A DNA stretch of 64,000 nt, taken from positions 682,001 to 746,000 of the forward strand of contig OZ287068.1 in assembly GCA_965645245.1 (NCBI GenBank), read 5' to 3'. The DNA is from Massalongia carnosa. Taxonomy: Eukaryota. Position numbers and translations under genes: made by a program. Of this stretch, positions 1 through 18,963 are shown one piece after another. A model generated the notes under the pieces. It saw nothing but the letters and a program-made list of their open reading frames with translations. It had not been told where the DNA came from and did not search any database. Within the stretch, counting starts at the first letter, position 1. Every line of letters starts with the position of its first letter.

Positions 1-383
1 TGACGGGGTTTACCAAATCGCTTGCCTACCAACCTAGGTAGTAAATGAGAATGATCAGGAATAGATATTTCCTGTTCAAGTGGGCATCACCAATCACTAT
101 TTGCCTTATCTGAGCTAGTGTTTTTGTGCCATACGTTTGGCTAGAGGGCTAGTATAGAGAGAGGAAGGAGGATTTGAGATAGTAACGGAATTACTTACTG
201 AATGATCGAGAAAAGAAATCCTTCTCTGTTAAATAAAAGTAAAATCACGGATCCCACTTACACAAACGCCTCCAAAGTCAGTTATCATATTTCGATGCAA
301 AGCTCCTATTAACCGACATCATCGCTTAATCACGCCCCTATAACCTATGCGATTCTTTTTGCCAGAAATTTCAAACGACCGTT

Positions 384-1689
384 TCAGACCTGCACGGAAG
401 TCATTGTCTCAATCTGCCTGATGAGGAAGCTCTTCTCATCCGCGAACTGATCGTCGTCGGTTCGATCTTCCAAAAACTTTGGCAAGAAACTTAGGAGTCT
501 CTCGCGGTTGTTGACGAGTATCCGCTGCACGGCCACGGATTTGTGAGGGTTGGCGACGAAAACCTTAGTTTTACACATCAGTTCGAAGCGCACCAAAAAG
601 CTTATGGTTAAAATATTACCTTGAAAACATGGAATCCCTCGTACTGCACCATCTTGCGGTCATCCTTCAGCAAATTCATGCACAGCTTGAGATGCTCGCC
701 TCGATCCACGTATTGGGTCATGGTACTGTAATTGATGCGGTCAAGCAAAAGTTCCCCTAGAAGCTTTATTGATTGCCGCTTTGTGACGTAAGAGCTTGAT
801 TGCACCAGGATTGAATTGTAGCGCTGGAAGAACAGATCAAAGTTTATTGATAAATATTGAGCAACGAGCTGTTTGTGCCTAGTAAGGATTTCCTGAACGA
901 ACAATAAGCGTACGTCTAAGCAATCTCGCTTCAACTTTATAGCTTACTCTGAAAGTTGTAAAAGCATCAGTGCTCAGCTCGAATGCGCCTTGGTCGATCC
1001 AAGGGAAAAACTTCCAAAATATCCCTTCCCCCGACTGTTTGGTTTCTAGGTCAATCTGGTCGACATTGACAGCTCTTTCATTCTCTCGAGACTCGTCGTA
1101 CATAATGATGGCAGCTACAGCTTCATGTTTAAGGGCCTCCCTCATCACAACGCCACAAGGCATTGCACTCTCCTTGTGGTTATATCCTCGACATAACTCG
1201 ATGACAACCTCCGGTCTTTGATTAATGATGTGTGATAATGCGGGCGGATCGGCGTTTGAGCCGTTTGGAGGCTTGAAGCGCAGCACATAGGAGAATATGG
1301 ACTGGGCATCCTTTCGGGACTCAAACGGGAGCTTGTGTATGCTACGGGCGAGAGAGTATAGGAGGTCTTCCTGTAGGATAGCTGTGACCAGCTGCGAGGC
1401 TTGATCCGCGCTGGCTTCTGTCTCTGTAGGGGACTATCAGCAACCAAATCCAGGAGAGAAAGATATCTATCAGAATATCTGACCTTGAGTTCCCTGCAGT
1501 ACTAGTTTGATCTGAGCAAGCAGTTTAGCTAAGTCCTCTTCTGTCTTTGGTATTGTATTAGCTTTCCTCTGTTGTACAGGCAAAGGAGGCTACCTTCTGC
1601 GAAGCCGGTGGTTGCCATAACCGGGTAAGTAGGTCTTTCGCAGGTTTAGCGAGATCTGATTTTGTCTTGGTACGAAAGAGGAATGCCAT
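384..1689 (-). CDS. hymA: MO25/HymA (Hym1) RAM/MOR-network scaffold protein, 5 exons
   Basis: Spliced ORFs give MAFLFRTK...SSYVTKRQSIKLLGELLLDR...VQYEGFHVFKVFVANPHK, typical of the Mo25 family. ATG at 1689, four GT-AG introns, stop at 384. Confidence 0.93.
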
Positions 1690-2683
1690 TGGTTTGATGT
1701 CCTTTCCAGATTTCCAAATTTCAGATTAATATGACTACATATCGCTGTATCGAAGTGCTTGGTTGACGAAGTGTGACGATGGACGAATGAGCAGTCATGC
1801 TGGCTGATGTTTTGCATGTTAGGTAGTATGATAGAGAAAGGGGAGACCCACTACATACCTTAGGTATATAGGTTGTTGAAACAGTGGCTCTCATGTTATC
1901 TAGGCAAATAGAGTGAAATTCAACCAAGCAGATCTAGGCACCTGTCGACCTTGGCACTCTGTAAGTAGGTCCTCTTCACACTGACGGTACAGTTAGTATC
2001 ACTGAGATGCGGAAGTCTTCACCCCTAATTTGGTTGAAGAATAAGATCAGCATGTTGTTGAGATCTGATCAACTTGTTTCTGTGCTTAGTAAGCTATTTT
2101 ATGTCAAGGGTCCACCCCAAGTTCGATTACCTATCGGGGAGCATAAAGCCCCAAGTACTCTGTACAACGGACTCTGTACTGTTATAAAGAATTGTGATCT
2201 GTATTTTGTATATGCGTCTGATAAATCGGGCATCTAACAATCAATGATCTCACCTTTTTGTGGGCGGGATGGGCCTATCCTTTCTCTATGTTGATGATCA
2301 ATTATGCAAATCGGGGCGAGGTTACTCTGTACTCTACGGAGTACTAGCTAGTAATATGTACATACATACATACTAGGATTAGAACCTAAAATAATACTTT
2401 ATACTTATTTTCTACCACGGGTGATTAAAAAAAACAGAATATCTCCACACTATTTAAAGTCATAGTTTCATCAAATGGATTTTGTATCGTATTAATTCAA
2501 GTACAAAATGACTAAATACTACTCTATTCATTTAGGGTTCAATTAAGTATGTCATTGAATAAGCAACTCCTTGTGTAAATAAGTAAATTTGATTTGATGA
2601 GGGTGAGAAAGTTTGCGTTTACAGTTTTTTTTGTCACTCGCATGCCCGCACAAAGTTGAATGGCTTCGCCCTAGCAATTGTTT

Positions 2684-2700
2684 CTCATCGGAAAAAATAT
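2684..2700. promoter_or_regulatory. PAC-like element (CTCATCG = CGATGAG reverse) with adjacent RRPE-like GAAAAAATAT upstream of RPA190
   Basis: The motifs lie ~50-60 bp before the RPA190 ATG. PAC and RRPE are established ribosome-biogenesis motifs in yeasts; function here is inferred. Confidence 0.4.
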
Positions 2701-2746
2701 CCAACTCGTCGGAAAACCGCAGATGATATGGCAGAGGTAAATAACT

Positions 2747-8088
<5,342 letters not shown>

Positions 8089-8496
8089 TGGGGTGAGGGA
8101 GGAGAAAGGAAGGAGATATTTATCACGGTTACAGAACTTATTTGACGACCAAATTTTTGTTTGCTTCGCTTAACTCAAACGAAACCTGCTATGTACCTCG
8201 TATATACCTAAACATCGACATTCCAATTCTATTCCCAATCCTCAGCCTCAAAAAACCCACTTCTAGACTCCTCCGTCTCCTTCCTCAGCGTAAAGAAAAT
8301 GGGGTGGAGTGTAAATGAGTGAAAGAGAGGCGCCGATAAGGATTGAAGGAACTGTGTGGTGGGAACGGTTCGGCAACCTGTCCTTGGCCTTCCTTTGCCT
8401 TTGGGTAAGTGGTTTTCGTGCTTTGTGGGGAGCGAGATAGATGATCGTTTCGGTCGATAATCATGTAACGCAATGTACATCATGTCATTCATAGCC

Positions 8497-8514
8497 GTCG
8501 TCGTCGTCGTCGTC
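8497..8514. repeat. (GTC)6 microsatellite between the convergent RPA190 and RKR1 3' ends
   Basis: Direct reading: gtcgtcgtcgtcgtcgtc. Confidence 0.9.
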
Positions 8515-8629
8515 TTCTTTGCCCTGCTACTCCCTTTCCCTTCTCATCCTTTCCCACAGCGCCGACGAATGCGCTAGCTGGAAACCCTCCCTCACACAAA
8601 CCCTTCCCCCGCCCTTCAGGTCGAATATT

Positions 8630-11600
8630 CTAGGTATAGTGAAACGCATTCCGACACAACGGACAACTACTCGAGTTGCTGCTCTTGAACCACCGATACA
8701 AACAGTTTCCATGGAACATGTTACTGCACGTCCCGCACCGCTTCCCGGGCAACTGCCGATCCGCTCCCACTACGCTGTAACAGATGGCACACTCTGTCTG
8801 CCCCTTCAGTGTGGCCGTTACATTACGCCTCCATGCCACTAAGCCGTCGATCAAAAGGCCGCCCTCGTCTCCCCCGCCGCTGGTGCTGAAACTAATGACC
8901 CCTTGCGTCGCAAGCAGCCAGCCGCGCCACATCTTCTCGTCGACGCCAACGCGGTGTACGGAATCGACTGTGGCGCGTGCGAGCGGGTATGAGGGTGGGA
9001 GGCGGATGGCGATTTGCATGTAGTGCTCGTCGACGGGGATGCTGGCGGTGATTTCCCGGGCGGAAGAGGAGACTTTTACGGTCAAAGGTTGATCGGCAGT
9101 GTCATTGGATTGGGAGGGGGCCCATTCGCTGACGGTGCTAAGCTCGGAGGCAATGATACGAGGAGATATCTAAGGTTCGTTGAGGTAAGATTCATTAAGG
9201 ATTTAGAGGGTCTGACCCAATCGGGTGGGCGCGGCTTACGTATTTTTCCGTCCATGATTCTACATCGAGGGCTGTTTGACGGCTAGCGGCGTCTCGCCAC
9301 CAGGCTTTTGAAAGGCTGGGGAGGTGTTTGAGGGACAGGTAGTAGAGATGGGCTAGGAGCCAGTGGGTTTCTTGCTCTGGAGTCTTTAGGGCATCTGGGT
9401 TGTAGGAAGCTATGTCGTATTGGGAGGCATTTACAGGCTTTGACCTGTTATTAATCAGGATATCAAAGGTAAACTCTAGGAGATGTTGGAGGTATGTTCC
9501 GTCCTTCAAGCAAGCTACATAGTCAGCCTTAACATTTGACGATGATCCATTCCAGTAGTCATAGACGAGCTTCCAACTCAGAAGGTAGCTTCTGACGGAG
9601 GTAGGCATATGATTTTCAAAATCAGTCCCTGCGAGAAAGCTCACGTCGGGTGCGGCAAGGATTAGGGATAGTAATTCTTCAGGTAGCTTTGCAACGTAAT
9701 CCTTGGTCAAGGCTTTATCCAGCGACACCTGTTCTTGAGCCTTTGGAACACTTTGGTGTAGATTCTCATAAGCCGATTGCAGCAGGGCGAGCGATTCGGA
9801 AGCCAAAGCCGGATACAGATCCACAGCGGAATTTGTAGAATCGCAAGCTAAGTCTTTCAACTGCCGCGCCAGCAGCTCATTGACGATCTTGCGAGGTTCA
9901 TGAAACCTGTCCGGTATATCTGTAGCTATCTTAGCAATCAAATTACTTAATACATTGAGTACTTCTGGTAAACCTTGAAGTTGTATCAACAGACCAAGCA
10001 AACCTTTCTCCAATGAGTCTTGTTTTTGCGTCCAAGCGTCTTGTAAATCATCATTTGATTCTTCGGATTTTAACCTTTTCAATTGCTCAAAGAGCTGTAG
10101 ACTGGCATGAAGAAGTGGGATCTTATTATCTGTGATATCACCGACAAGCGACCACGAGTCCTTTACAGCATCGATTAGCTCGTTCCAAAAAACCCCATAT
10201 ATTTCCTTTATGGGTGCCAACACGGTCTTCAGTATCTTCATCATTTCCGTTTGCACAGGGACCGATAACACATCCTGATGCAATTGGGATATCAGATGTT
10301 TAACGAAGAATACCAATCTTTGCGGGGGGGTTTTAGCAACGAACTCCTCGTGCGTAATAACGATACAACTGAGAAAGACAAGTTGGCAGAAACCTGCTAC
10401 TGTAAGCTTTACCCGTGCGTAATGTAATCCTGTCCTACCTTCGTCGGGTTTTGTATGAAAATCATGACCAGTCAAGCCATCAAATAGCTTGCTGCAGTAC
10501 TTCAACAGAAGCGTAGATTCGGAAGCTGACGCTAAAAGCGCAGCTTTAGCAAACACGTCAGGAGACTTCCAGATTTTATCAAGCTGTTCCAAGTCATTTT
10601 GGAAAGCAGAGCTGCCATAAAATTCGATAAGCTCTGCCCCAATCAACGCATAAGCACAGCCACTATAATACGCCGCTGCCGAGGTACCGTGTGATTCTTT
10701 GAATAATTGTGTTCGTACGGTGTCCATAGAGCTATCATCCAAAGATTTCGCGTCTCGTATCCAGTTTACTTGAAACTTTTGTGCACCACCGACAAAAAGA
10801 GCTATTTCAGATGCAAGCTCTGAATCCTTAGTTTGCCACAGGGGAACAGATCCTACGACACCGATATTGTGGGTAGCCAACTGTATGAATAGAGCTAGGT
10901 TTTGAATAAGAACAACGCGCTGTTCATCAGTAATATAATCGGCTATTTCCGTTATGTTGAGCATCTCTGTGACATACCACGCCATGCGTAATGCGGGAGA
11001 ATATCCATCCAAGTCTCGAGGAATGGATTGAGGGACAGCAGTTTGGGGCGCTTTCCGAGCAATAAGATCTATGGCGCTAGCCAATGGCTTCATAATCGAC
11101 ATTGAGGGATTTGGCGATTGCTCCATGAATGGCTTCAGTGCTTTCTGCCATTGTGTAGGATTGGGCAGCAATTCTGCCGTCAGAGCCGGTAAATCATGCC
11201 GAGGAGCCTGGTGTAGCAATTTCTGTGATTGTTCAACAAGAGCATCGATCCTACGAAGGCTTAGTATTATAAAATATGAGAATGATGCTGCACATTATCT
11301 TAAGCCACTCACGACAGTGAATCTTGACTAGCCGTCTCAATTCCCCGATTAACAATTTCGATTATTGACCGTGTCGCCCCGCCGGATCCTTCCTCATTAA
11401 TAATTATTGCCTCGATGGCAACACTAAGATTACGAGCTTTGTCGGCTATACCAGTATTGTATGACTCTGTGAGAAATAGTAACTTTGACAACATACTCGA
11501 GCCATTACTAGATTGGATGAATGCCTTCAAAGATTGGCTGTTTCTTTTAGTCGTTACTTCCAGCCCTTGAAGGCACGCCAACTGTTCATCTTCCACTGAA

Positions 11601-13892
11601 AGGCCGTTGGTCATATCTACAAGTAGCTCATCAGTAAGTTCGCTCGGTGCATCTTGATTACCTAACGCTGCCATCACCAGATCCCAACGATCTTCATCAC
11701 CATGCTTTGCCATATCTAAGCTTTTTTTAACAACAGTGGTCAGAGCCTGAACCTTTGCGGGCCCAGCAAGAAAAGGAGAAGAGATGAGGCTTTTCAGCGC
11801 ATCAGACTTTGCTACAGACTCCGGTGCAATGTTCAGGTTACTTATACTATCCTCGTAGATAGGCCGCACGTTGGTTATGTCTTTGAGCCGGCTGAGTACT
11901 ACAATAAGTTGGTGTGCAGACGGAGAAAGCAGCAGTTTTGGGATGTCTTCCTGAGCAAATTTGGAAATAATAAACTTGGTTTCCTCATGAGCTCCAACAA
12001 GGTGGGGAAATAGTTCTGTAGCATACAACAGGATAGCTGCTGCCCCATAAGGTTTGCCATTTCTTTCATGGAGTGTAGAGATGGATATCTTGATCTCGGA
12101 AATTAGCGTACTTAGGAGCAGAGCACAAGGAAACTCCGAGTTTTCATCTTTACAAATAGAAGCTTGGAGATAGTACCATCTCTGAATTTTAGCAGCAACA
12201 GAATCCTGGGATTTCCTAAAGTCTTTCGATCGTTCAGGAAGCGAGGTTCTAATGTCTTGAATGATCTGGGAGGACAGATAAAGCCACTCTTCTTGGAATA
12301 TTTCATGAGAGATATTCAAAACCTGACGAAATGCTTTGACACATATAGCATGCTGATGAGGGGCTGAGACTGACCAGTTTAGGCTAGCGGGCGAGGAGGA
12401 AACATATTGGCGGAACAAGGGCGTAAGGAAGGATTGAGTGAGATGATCGCGAATGCCTTGACTGGAAATACAACCTTCAAGATATTCGCAAGCATCGAGA
12501 TAGGTATTCCAGGCGATAGCTTGATTGGCTCGTGGCTCATCCTTGTTCATTATGCCATCACGGAGGGCTTCTAGCACAAGGAACGAAGGTGTAAAAACGC
12601 CTTCCGAGGATTTTCCATTTTCCTGTTCGGATTCGGGTAAGAGAACTATTTGGGGAATGTGGCGCAGCAAGCTCTTGATTTTGGTCCAGTGCTCAGGTGG
12701 TCCTCCTTGAGAGCCTCTCTTAAGATATTGGCAAAGCCTGCGAGTAGCAGATTTTTTGCCGGAGCCACTATAATACTGGGTCCAAACGCATGGGGATTGA
12801 ACCGTTAGTAGAGACAGGGCTTCGATATACTGAAAAGCAGATCCAGCTTGGCTTATGTTCAGGCTTGAAGCAAGCATATTGTCACTTATTAGCGCCATGT
12901 CTATTGACACCATTGGCTTGGTGAAGATAGTAGTAACCAGCCTGTATACAGCAAGACGTAGGTATGGATCAGGATTGGAGGCGAATTTCCACACCTTCTC
13001 ATTGCGAACAAACTCCTCAACTTTGCCCTTCTTTCTTGTATGATCCAACGGGGAATCTCCATCTGTGTATTCGAGTAAGTTCGAGCTTGAGGCGTGTGAA
13101 ACACTGGAACTGACCTATTACGTTAGCTACCATCGAGATTGCAGCACCTACCACCCTGGCATATTTTGCTGAAGCATCATCAGGGCTGCTTGTCCTTTCA
13201 TCGCTCAGGGTGTAGATTGACTCTTTCTCTATGGCATTGTGGGCGTATTCCAAGATGGAAGAGCGGTACAAACGCCAGAGGCTCTTTAATTTCTCTTCGG
13301 AATTGAAGACCTGCTGTAATGATTCTCGAGCGGTTCGAGTGACAGCCCTGTCATTATCGTACAAGCCTGCAAGCCAAGAGCTCACAATTTGCGTCATATA
13401 CTTAGCGATTCGTTTGCCGCAAGACACGGATATTTGGCCTTGAAGAAGATGAGCAAGCTGACGAACCCGGCGTGCGGTAGCTATAGAAGTGCGTGGATAT
13501 ATTTTGATCTAGGAGACAACATTACATTACTATCATGAGGTACAAGTTCTCAATCCTCCAAAGTGACCCACCCAAGCCTCCAATATCGGCTCCTCCACTC
13601 CTCCCGTCTCCACCGCAACCGATGAGACATAGGCCTGTAACTCTTCTAACGCTTTAGATTTCGTTGTGCTATCCTTCTTTTGCAGATTTTTTAAGGCCAC
13701 GACAACATTGGGTTCAGAAATGTTGCTCAAATCTGGAGGCTCGTAGACGTAGGAAAGAGATGAGGAGGGAGCGGCGCCAAAGGTAGATGTCGCCCCAGAG
13801 TTTCCGATACTGCTGGCCGCATCAAGCTGTCCAATAGCGCCTGAGACAGCGCGACTACTGGAAGCCTGCGACTTGAACGACTTCTTGCCCAT
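8630..13892 (-). CDS. RKR1: Listerin E3 ubiquitin ligase (ribosome quality control), ~7 exons
   Basis: N-terminal MGKKSFKSQASSSRA...KNLQKKDSTTKSKALEEL and WLAGLYDNDRAV; C-terminal RWD-like region and RING CAICYSVV...CGTCSNMFHGNCLYRWFKSSNSSSCPLCR. Confidence 0.95.
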
Positions 13893-14202
13893 AGCTTGGA
13901 GACCGAAAGAACAGCAAGCGAGCTTAATCCGCCGAGGCCGCACAATAGAGGACTGGAGGCTGCCGCTCTGTATTTAATTGTGACGTTTCTTTGCCCGAGG
14001 CTTGGCAGCCACGCAGCCAATACAGGGTAAGTTACAGAGTACTCCGTATATAGAATACCTTAGGACTCCGTAGGGCTGATGAACTAACTATCCTGACTCC
14101 AGTATCGAGCTGCTGGAGCGCTCATCACTTTCAGCATCAACATTAGTATCAACGAACCCGGAAGCTCGAATGTAGCTAGCAACCAAACATTCAAATAAAA
14201 AA

Positions 14203-17098
14203 ATGAAATTTAACATCGAGTAAAACTACTCTATGGTCGTTCTGATGCTCGAAACTAATGCAAAAATATAGAGACCTCCCGATTTTATTTCCATATCCAC
14301 GGATATACCCAGGTCAGAACCTAGATAATGGTTGATCAAGTGTGCATCCACTAATAAAGATAGAACAATACGCGTATGGCCAAATCCATCCCAAAACAAG
14401 ATACATAATTACTAATCCCATGATTCTAGATACATGTGTGATCTCAAGCGTATGATCCGAGGCGTCAGGGATCAGCGGATGCAGCTAATCAAAAATGCAG
14501 GTACACTCGATGCGGGAGGGCACTGTGTGCTGGAGATGCCTTCGGGAACAGGAAAGACAGTCTCACTCCTGTCCTTAATCGTGGCGTATCAGCAATATTA
14601 TCCCGAACATAGAAAACTGATATACTGCTCTCGTAAGTTGGTTTCTTAGAATCGCATTTTTTTTCTCATGACGAATTAGGTACCATGTCGGAAATTGAAA
14701 AAGCATTGGCAGAACTAAAAGCCTTGATGAAATATCGCTCTGACCAACTTGGCTACGAGGAAGACTTTCGAGGCCTTGGATTGACTAGCCGAAAGAATCT
14801 GTGCCTTCACCCTTCGGTGAAGAGAGAAAAAAGTGGCTCGGTGGTTGATGCTCGATGTCGAGGTCTAACCGCGGGATTTGTAAAGGAGAAAAAGGGGAGG
14901 GGGGAAGAAGTTGATCTTTGCATCTACCACGATGTGAGACTCTGAACAAGCCTTAGACCTATCCGGCTAAGTTTTTCATAGAATCTAGATCTTTTGGAGC
15001 CCCATAATTTAGTTCCGCCGGGAGTCTTCACCCTCGACGGCCTTCTCAAGTACGGAGAACAGCACAAACAATGTCCTTACTTTTCCGCACGGCGAATGGT
15101 ACCAAGCTGCGCCCCTACTGTTTAAGCTGACTAACTGAACAAGATGCCTTTCTGCAACGTCATAATATACTCGTATCATTATCTGCTTGACCCTAAGATT
15201 GCCGAGCGAGTCTCCAAGGAGCTTTCGAAAGATTGCATTGTGGTGTTTGATGAGGCGCATAATATAGACAACGTCTGTATTGAGTCGCTAAGTATAGATT
15301 TGACCGAAGACTCGTTACGCAGAGCGACCAGAGGTGCCAACAACCTTGAGCGCAAGATCAGTGAGATGAGATCATCTGATGCGGAGAAGCTTCAGAATGA
15401 GTATGCAAAGCTTGTAGAGGGCTTACGCGACGCAGATGAGGCCAGAGAAGAGGATGCTTTCATGGCCAATCCAGGTACATCCTAAATACTTCATATGATC
15501 GAATGCGAGTAAATAACCTTATTCTAGCACTGCCGGATGATCTGCTTCAAGAAGCTGTACCGGGCAACATTAGGAGAGCCGAGCATTTTGTCGCTTTCCT
15601 TAAGCGATTTGTCGAATATCTAAAGGTACACAGCCAGCCCGTTTCTGCCCCTATAATAGAGACCAACATTGATTGATGATAGACACGAATGAAAGTCTTG
15701 CACGTGATATCGGAGACACCGCCCTCCTTTCTTCAGCATTTAAAAGAACTGACATTTATCGAGAAAAAGCCTCTCCGGTCATCTTTCTTATTCTATACCT
15801 ATCTATTCATATTGTGCTAATAGAATTTCAGTTTCTGCGCCGAACGTCTTACATCCCTTGTCCGGACGCTAGAACTTACCAACATCGAAGACTACCAACC
15901 TCTCCAAGAAGTCGCGACGTTCGCCACCCTTGCTGCCACCTACGACAAAGGCTTTCTCCTCATCCTCGAGCCCTACGAATCCGACACCGCCACTGTGCCC
16001 AACCCTGTCCTACACTTCACCTGCCTCGACGCCGCCATTGCCATTAAACCAGTCTTTGACCGCTTCAGCTCCGTCATCATCACGTCTGGTACTATCTCCC
16101 CACTAGAAATGTATCCCAAAATGCTCGGCTTCACGACGGTAGTGCAGGAATCCTACAGCATGACTCTTGCGCGCCGCTCCTTTCTTCCCATGATCGTCAC
16201 CCGCGGCAGCGACCAATCCGCCATCTCCTCGGGCTTTCAGATCCGCAACGAACCCGGCGTAGTCCGCAACTACGGCGCCCTACTACAGGCCTTTGCCCAA
16301 ATCACCCCTGACGGCGTAGTTGTCTTCTTTCCCTCGTACCTCTACATGGAATCTATCATTAGCATGTGGCAGGGTATGGGCATTCTCGATGAAATCTGGA
16401 AGTTCAAACTCATCCTCGTGGAAACTCCCGACAGCCAGGAAACGTCGCTCGCGCTCGAAACCTATCGCACTGCATGCTGCAACGGCCGGGGGGCCGTCCT
16501 ACTATGTGTTGCGCGGGGGAAAGTTTCCGAGGGCATCGATTTCGATCACCACTACGGCCGCACGGTGCTCTGCATCGGCGTGCCATTCCAGTACACGGAG
16601 TCGCGCATCCTGAAGGCACGGCTTGAGTTCCTGCGCGAAACGTACCGCATCCGCGAGAACGACTTCCTCTCCTTCGACGCAATGCGCCACGCGGCTCAGT
16701 GCCTCGGCCGCGTGCTGCGCGGCAAAGACGACTACGGCATCATGGTGCTGGCGGACCGCCGCTTCCAGAAGAAGCGCGCGCAGCTGCCCAAGTGGATCAC
16801 GCAGGCGCTGCTGGAGAGCGACACCAACCTCAGCACCGACATGGCGGTCGCGAGCGCGAAGAAGTTCTTGCGGACGATGGCGCAGCCGTTCAGCGGCAAG
16901 GACCAAGATGGGGTGAGCACGTGGAGTATTGAGGATCTGGAGCGGCACAAAAAGAAACTGGACGAGGAAAAGATCCGGGAGTTGAGAAACGAAGAGCATG
17001 TACTGAGGAGGGAGGGAGGGAATGGGGTTGCGCCGGAGGAGGAATTTGGAGAAGACATGGATGCGGAGATGATGGATTTGATGGACGGTCAAGTCTAA
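14203..17098 (+). CDS. RAD3: TFIIH 5'-3' DNA helicase XPD/Rad3, 11 exons including 17-, 10- and 20-nt exons
   Basis: Splicing reconstructs [49 protein letters not shown]. Also SRKNLCLHP (Fe-S region), DEAH motif, [11 protein letters not shown] and [16 protein letters not shown]. Confidence 0.97.
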
Positions 17099-17378
17099 AG
17101 TACCAAAGTTATCCTATGTCTCTACTAAGCAACAGCAATTTACGCAGTACAACGGCACTGATACTTGATTAACATAGTGATATAACGGAATTGCTCATAC
17201 TTATTTAAGCAACGCGGTGACAAATGCTACAAAGGAGGGTGAAGGTGCGCCCTCAACTAGCGCGACCTTCGAGAATATCCTCCCAACCCCCTTTTTTCCT
17301 TTTTACAAGGTTTGCACCCAAATATTTACACGAAATCCCGGAAACTTTTCTGTGGCGTAACTTCTCGTTATACCTTCG

Positions 17379-18963
17379 TTATGAGCGCTTTTCTAAATTC
17401 TTCCCCTGGTTCTTTCCTTCCCGGTTCTTTTCCCCCTTTTCTCTCAAGTACCTCCACGTCCTCCCTACTCCAGCAGTAAGCAGCCCCTTGATGCTCTGAC
17501 TAACACTCGGCCACGAGATGGTTCTCCTAATTACATTCTTAACATCCTTGTTCAGCGCCTTGTGCTCGTCGCCCGCGACTCTCTGCTCAAACTCCCCGCC
17601 TTGTTTCCGTCTGACCCTAGTCGGGTCCTCGTCATTGGAGTTTTCGAGCATCTGGTTGAACTCGAGTTGCGGGATCTGAAACTTGGACTGATACTGGAAA
17701 TAGAGTTTCTCGCGAAAGGATTTTGGCAAGCGACGGACCATGTTGCCGCGTTTCACGGGGTCCATGTCTTGGGCGAGCTGGGCGTTTGTATGGGGATCGT
17801 CAATCCAATCGGGCGAGCTACAGCGGCGATCTTTGAACGATACGTTGGGGAGGTTCTCAATCAGAGGGGCGTACAGGCGCCGGAAGTTGGGGAGTTGATG
17901 CTTGATAATGTTCCCGATCTTGTTGGGATTTTCGGCAGGGAGCGACATGCGGGGATCTCCTAGATAGGATATTCCCGCAATTGTGCCGTATAGATCTTGT
18001 TCCGAGAAAGCGGGTGGAAGAAGGAGAAGGGCTGTACGGACGGCTGAGATCAAGTTTACTTGATTGGCAAGGCGAACGCGAGGATCGTCTCGAAGGATCT
18101 TGACTGGCTTTTGAAGCCGGCCTGCTAAGTAAAGGGTATCCCATTGCGAAAGGTCTCTGCAAAGAGTATCCAGATTGACAACCCCATACTTGATCAGCGT
18201 ACCGTTAACCGTAATATAAGGATTAAAGTATACGCCAGCACCCCATTTATCTTGAATTCGTGAAACAAAAGACGAGCCAAGGGAACCAACTGCTGAATAA
18301 TGATCGCGATGCTGCTGTAAATTTAAGGAGTGCCAATGCTGGGTATATGAAACGCCAAATATAAAATCAATCATTTTGTTCTTGCCTTTCTGCATGGTTG
18401 ATATTGCGGGGTTAGGATTGGGGTGGAGGGGTGAAACGCCTGAGGAGCTAGAGCTAGTCTGGGGGAAAACGCCCGACCCGTAGGCAAAAGCATAACGTAT
18501 GGGTGCTCTGAATTGCCAAAGAATTTGACGGAGAGCTTCTTTGAACTCATCATTTATCACCATGTGCTGATTAACTCCAAAATTCGACGACGGGAGCTGC
18601 GAAAACGCTGATATATTAAGGTCCGGATTCTCGTCCCAGTCCTGTGGTGGGGCACTCGGGCGGTTGAACGGCTTCTGTGATAGACCAGAATTTGAAAGTT
18701 GAGATGAGGGAGATGAAGCATTGCTAGAGGATGTACCACGTTCAAAGTTGCTGCCAGAGCTTGTAGACGTCAACCGTGAACAGGAGCCGGATGGTATCTG
18801 GTACTGCCATCCTACTCTGACTAGTAGAAGACTTTGATTGAATTGAGAGAGGGCTAGATGATGAGATAACTGTAAAGGATTTTTTGTTAGCGTTGTTGAA
18901 ACGAGGGAGTTTATGAATGTATAACAAAAGGTTGGAGGACCTCACAGGAGCGAACCTCTGCAT
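17379..18963 (-). CDS. TAM41: Mitochondrial phosphatidate cytidylyltransferase Tam41/Mmp37, 2 exons
   Basis: FAYGSGVFPQ, MIDFIFGV, WDTLYLAGRLQKPV and ISYLGDPRM motifs. An 18-nt first exon (MQRFAP, 18963-18946) joins in frame through a 76-nt intron (GTGAGG...GCTAAC...ACAG, 18945-18870). Confidence 0.92.

Noticed and set aside
16320..17092. Several long overlapping and antisense ORFs over the RAD3 last exon, and similar ones over EXO5 and RPN4
   Set aside because: These are an expected by-product of high GC3 depleting stop codons, and none shows recognisable protein features.
18742..18963. Apparent frameshift between the MQRFAP ORF and the TAM41 ORF
   Set aside because: A canonical 76-nt intron (18945-18870) resolves it.
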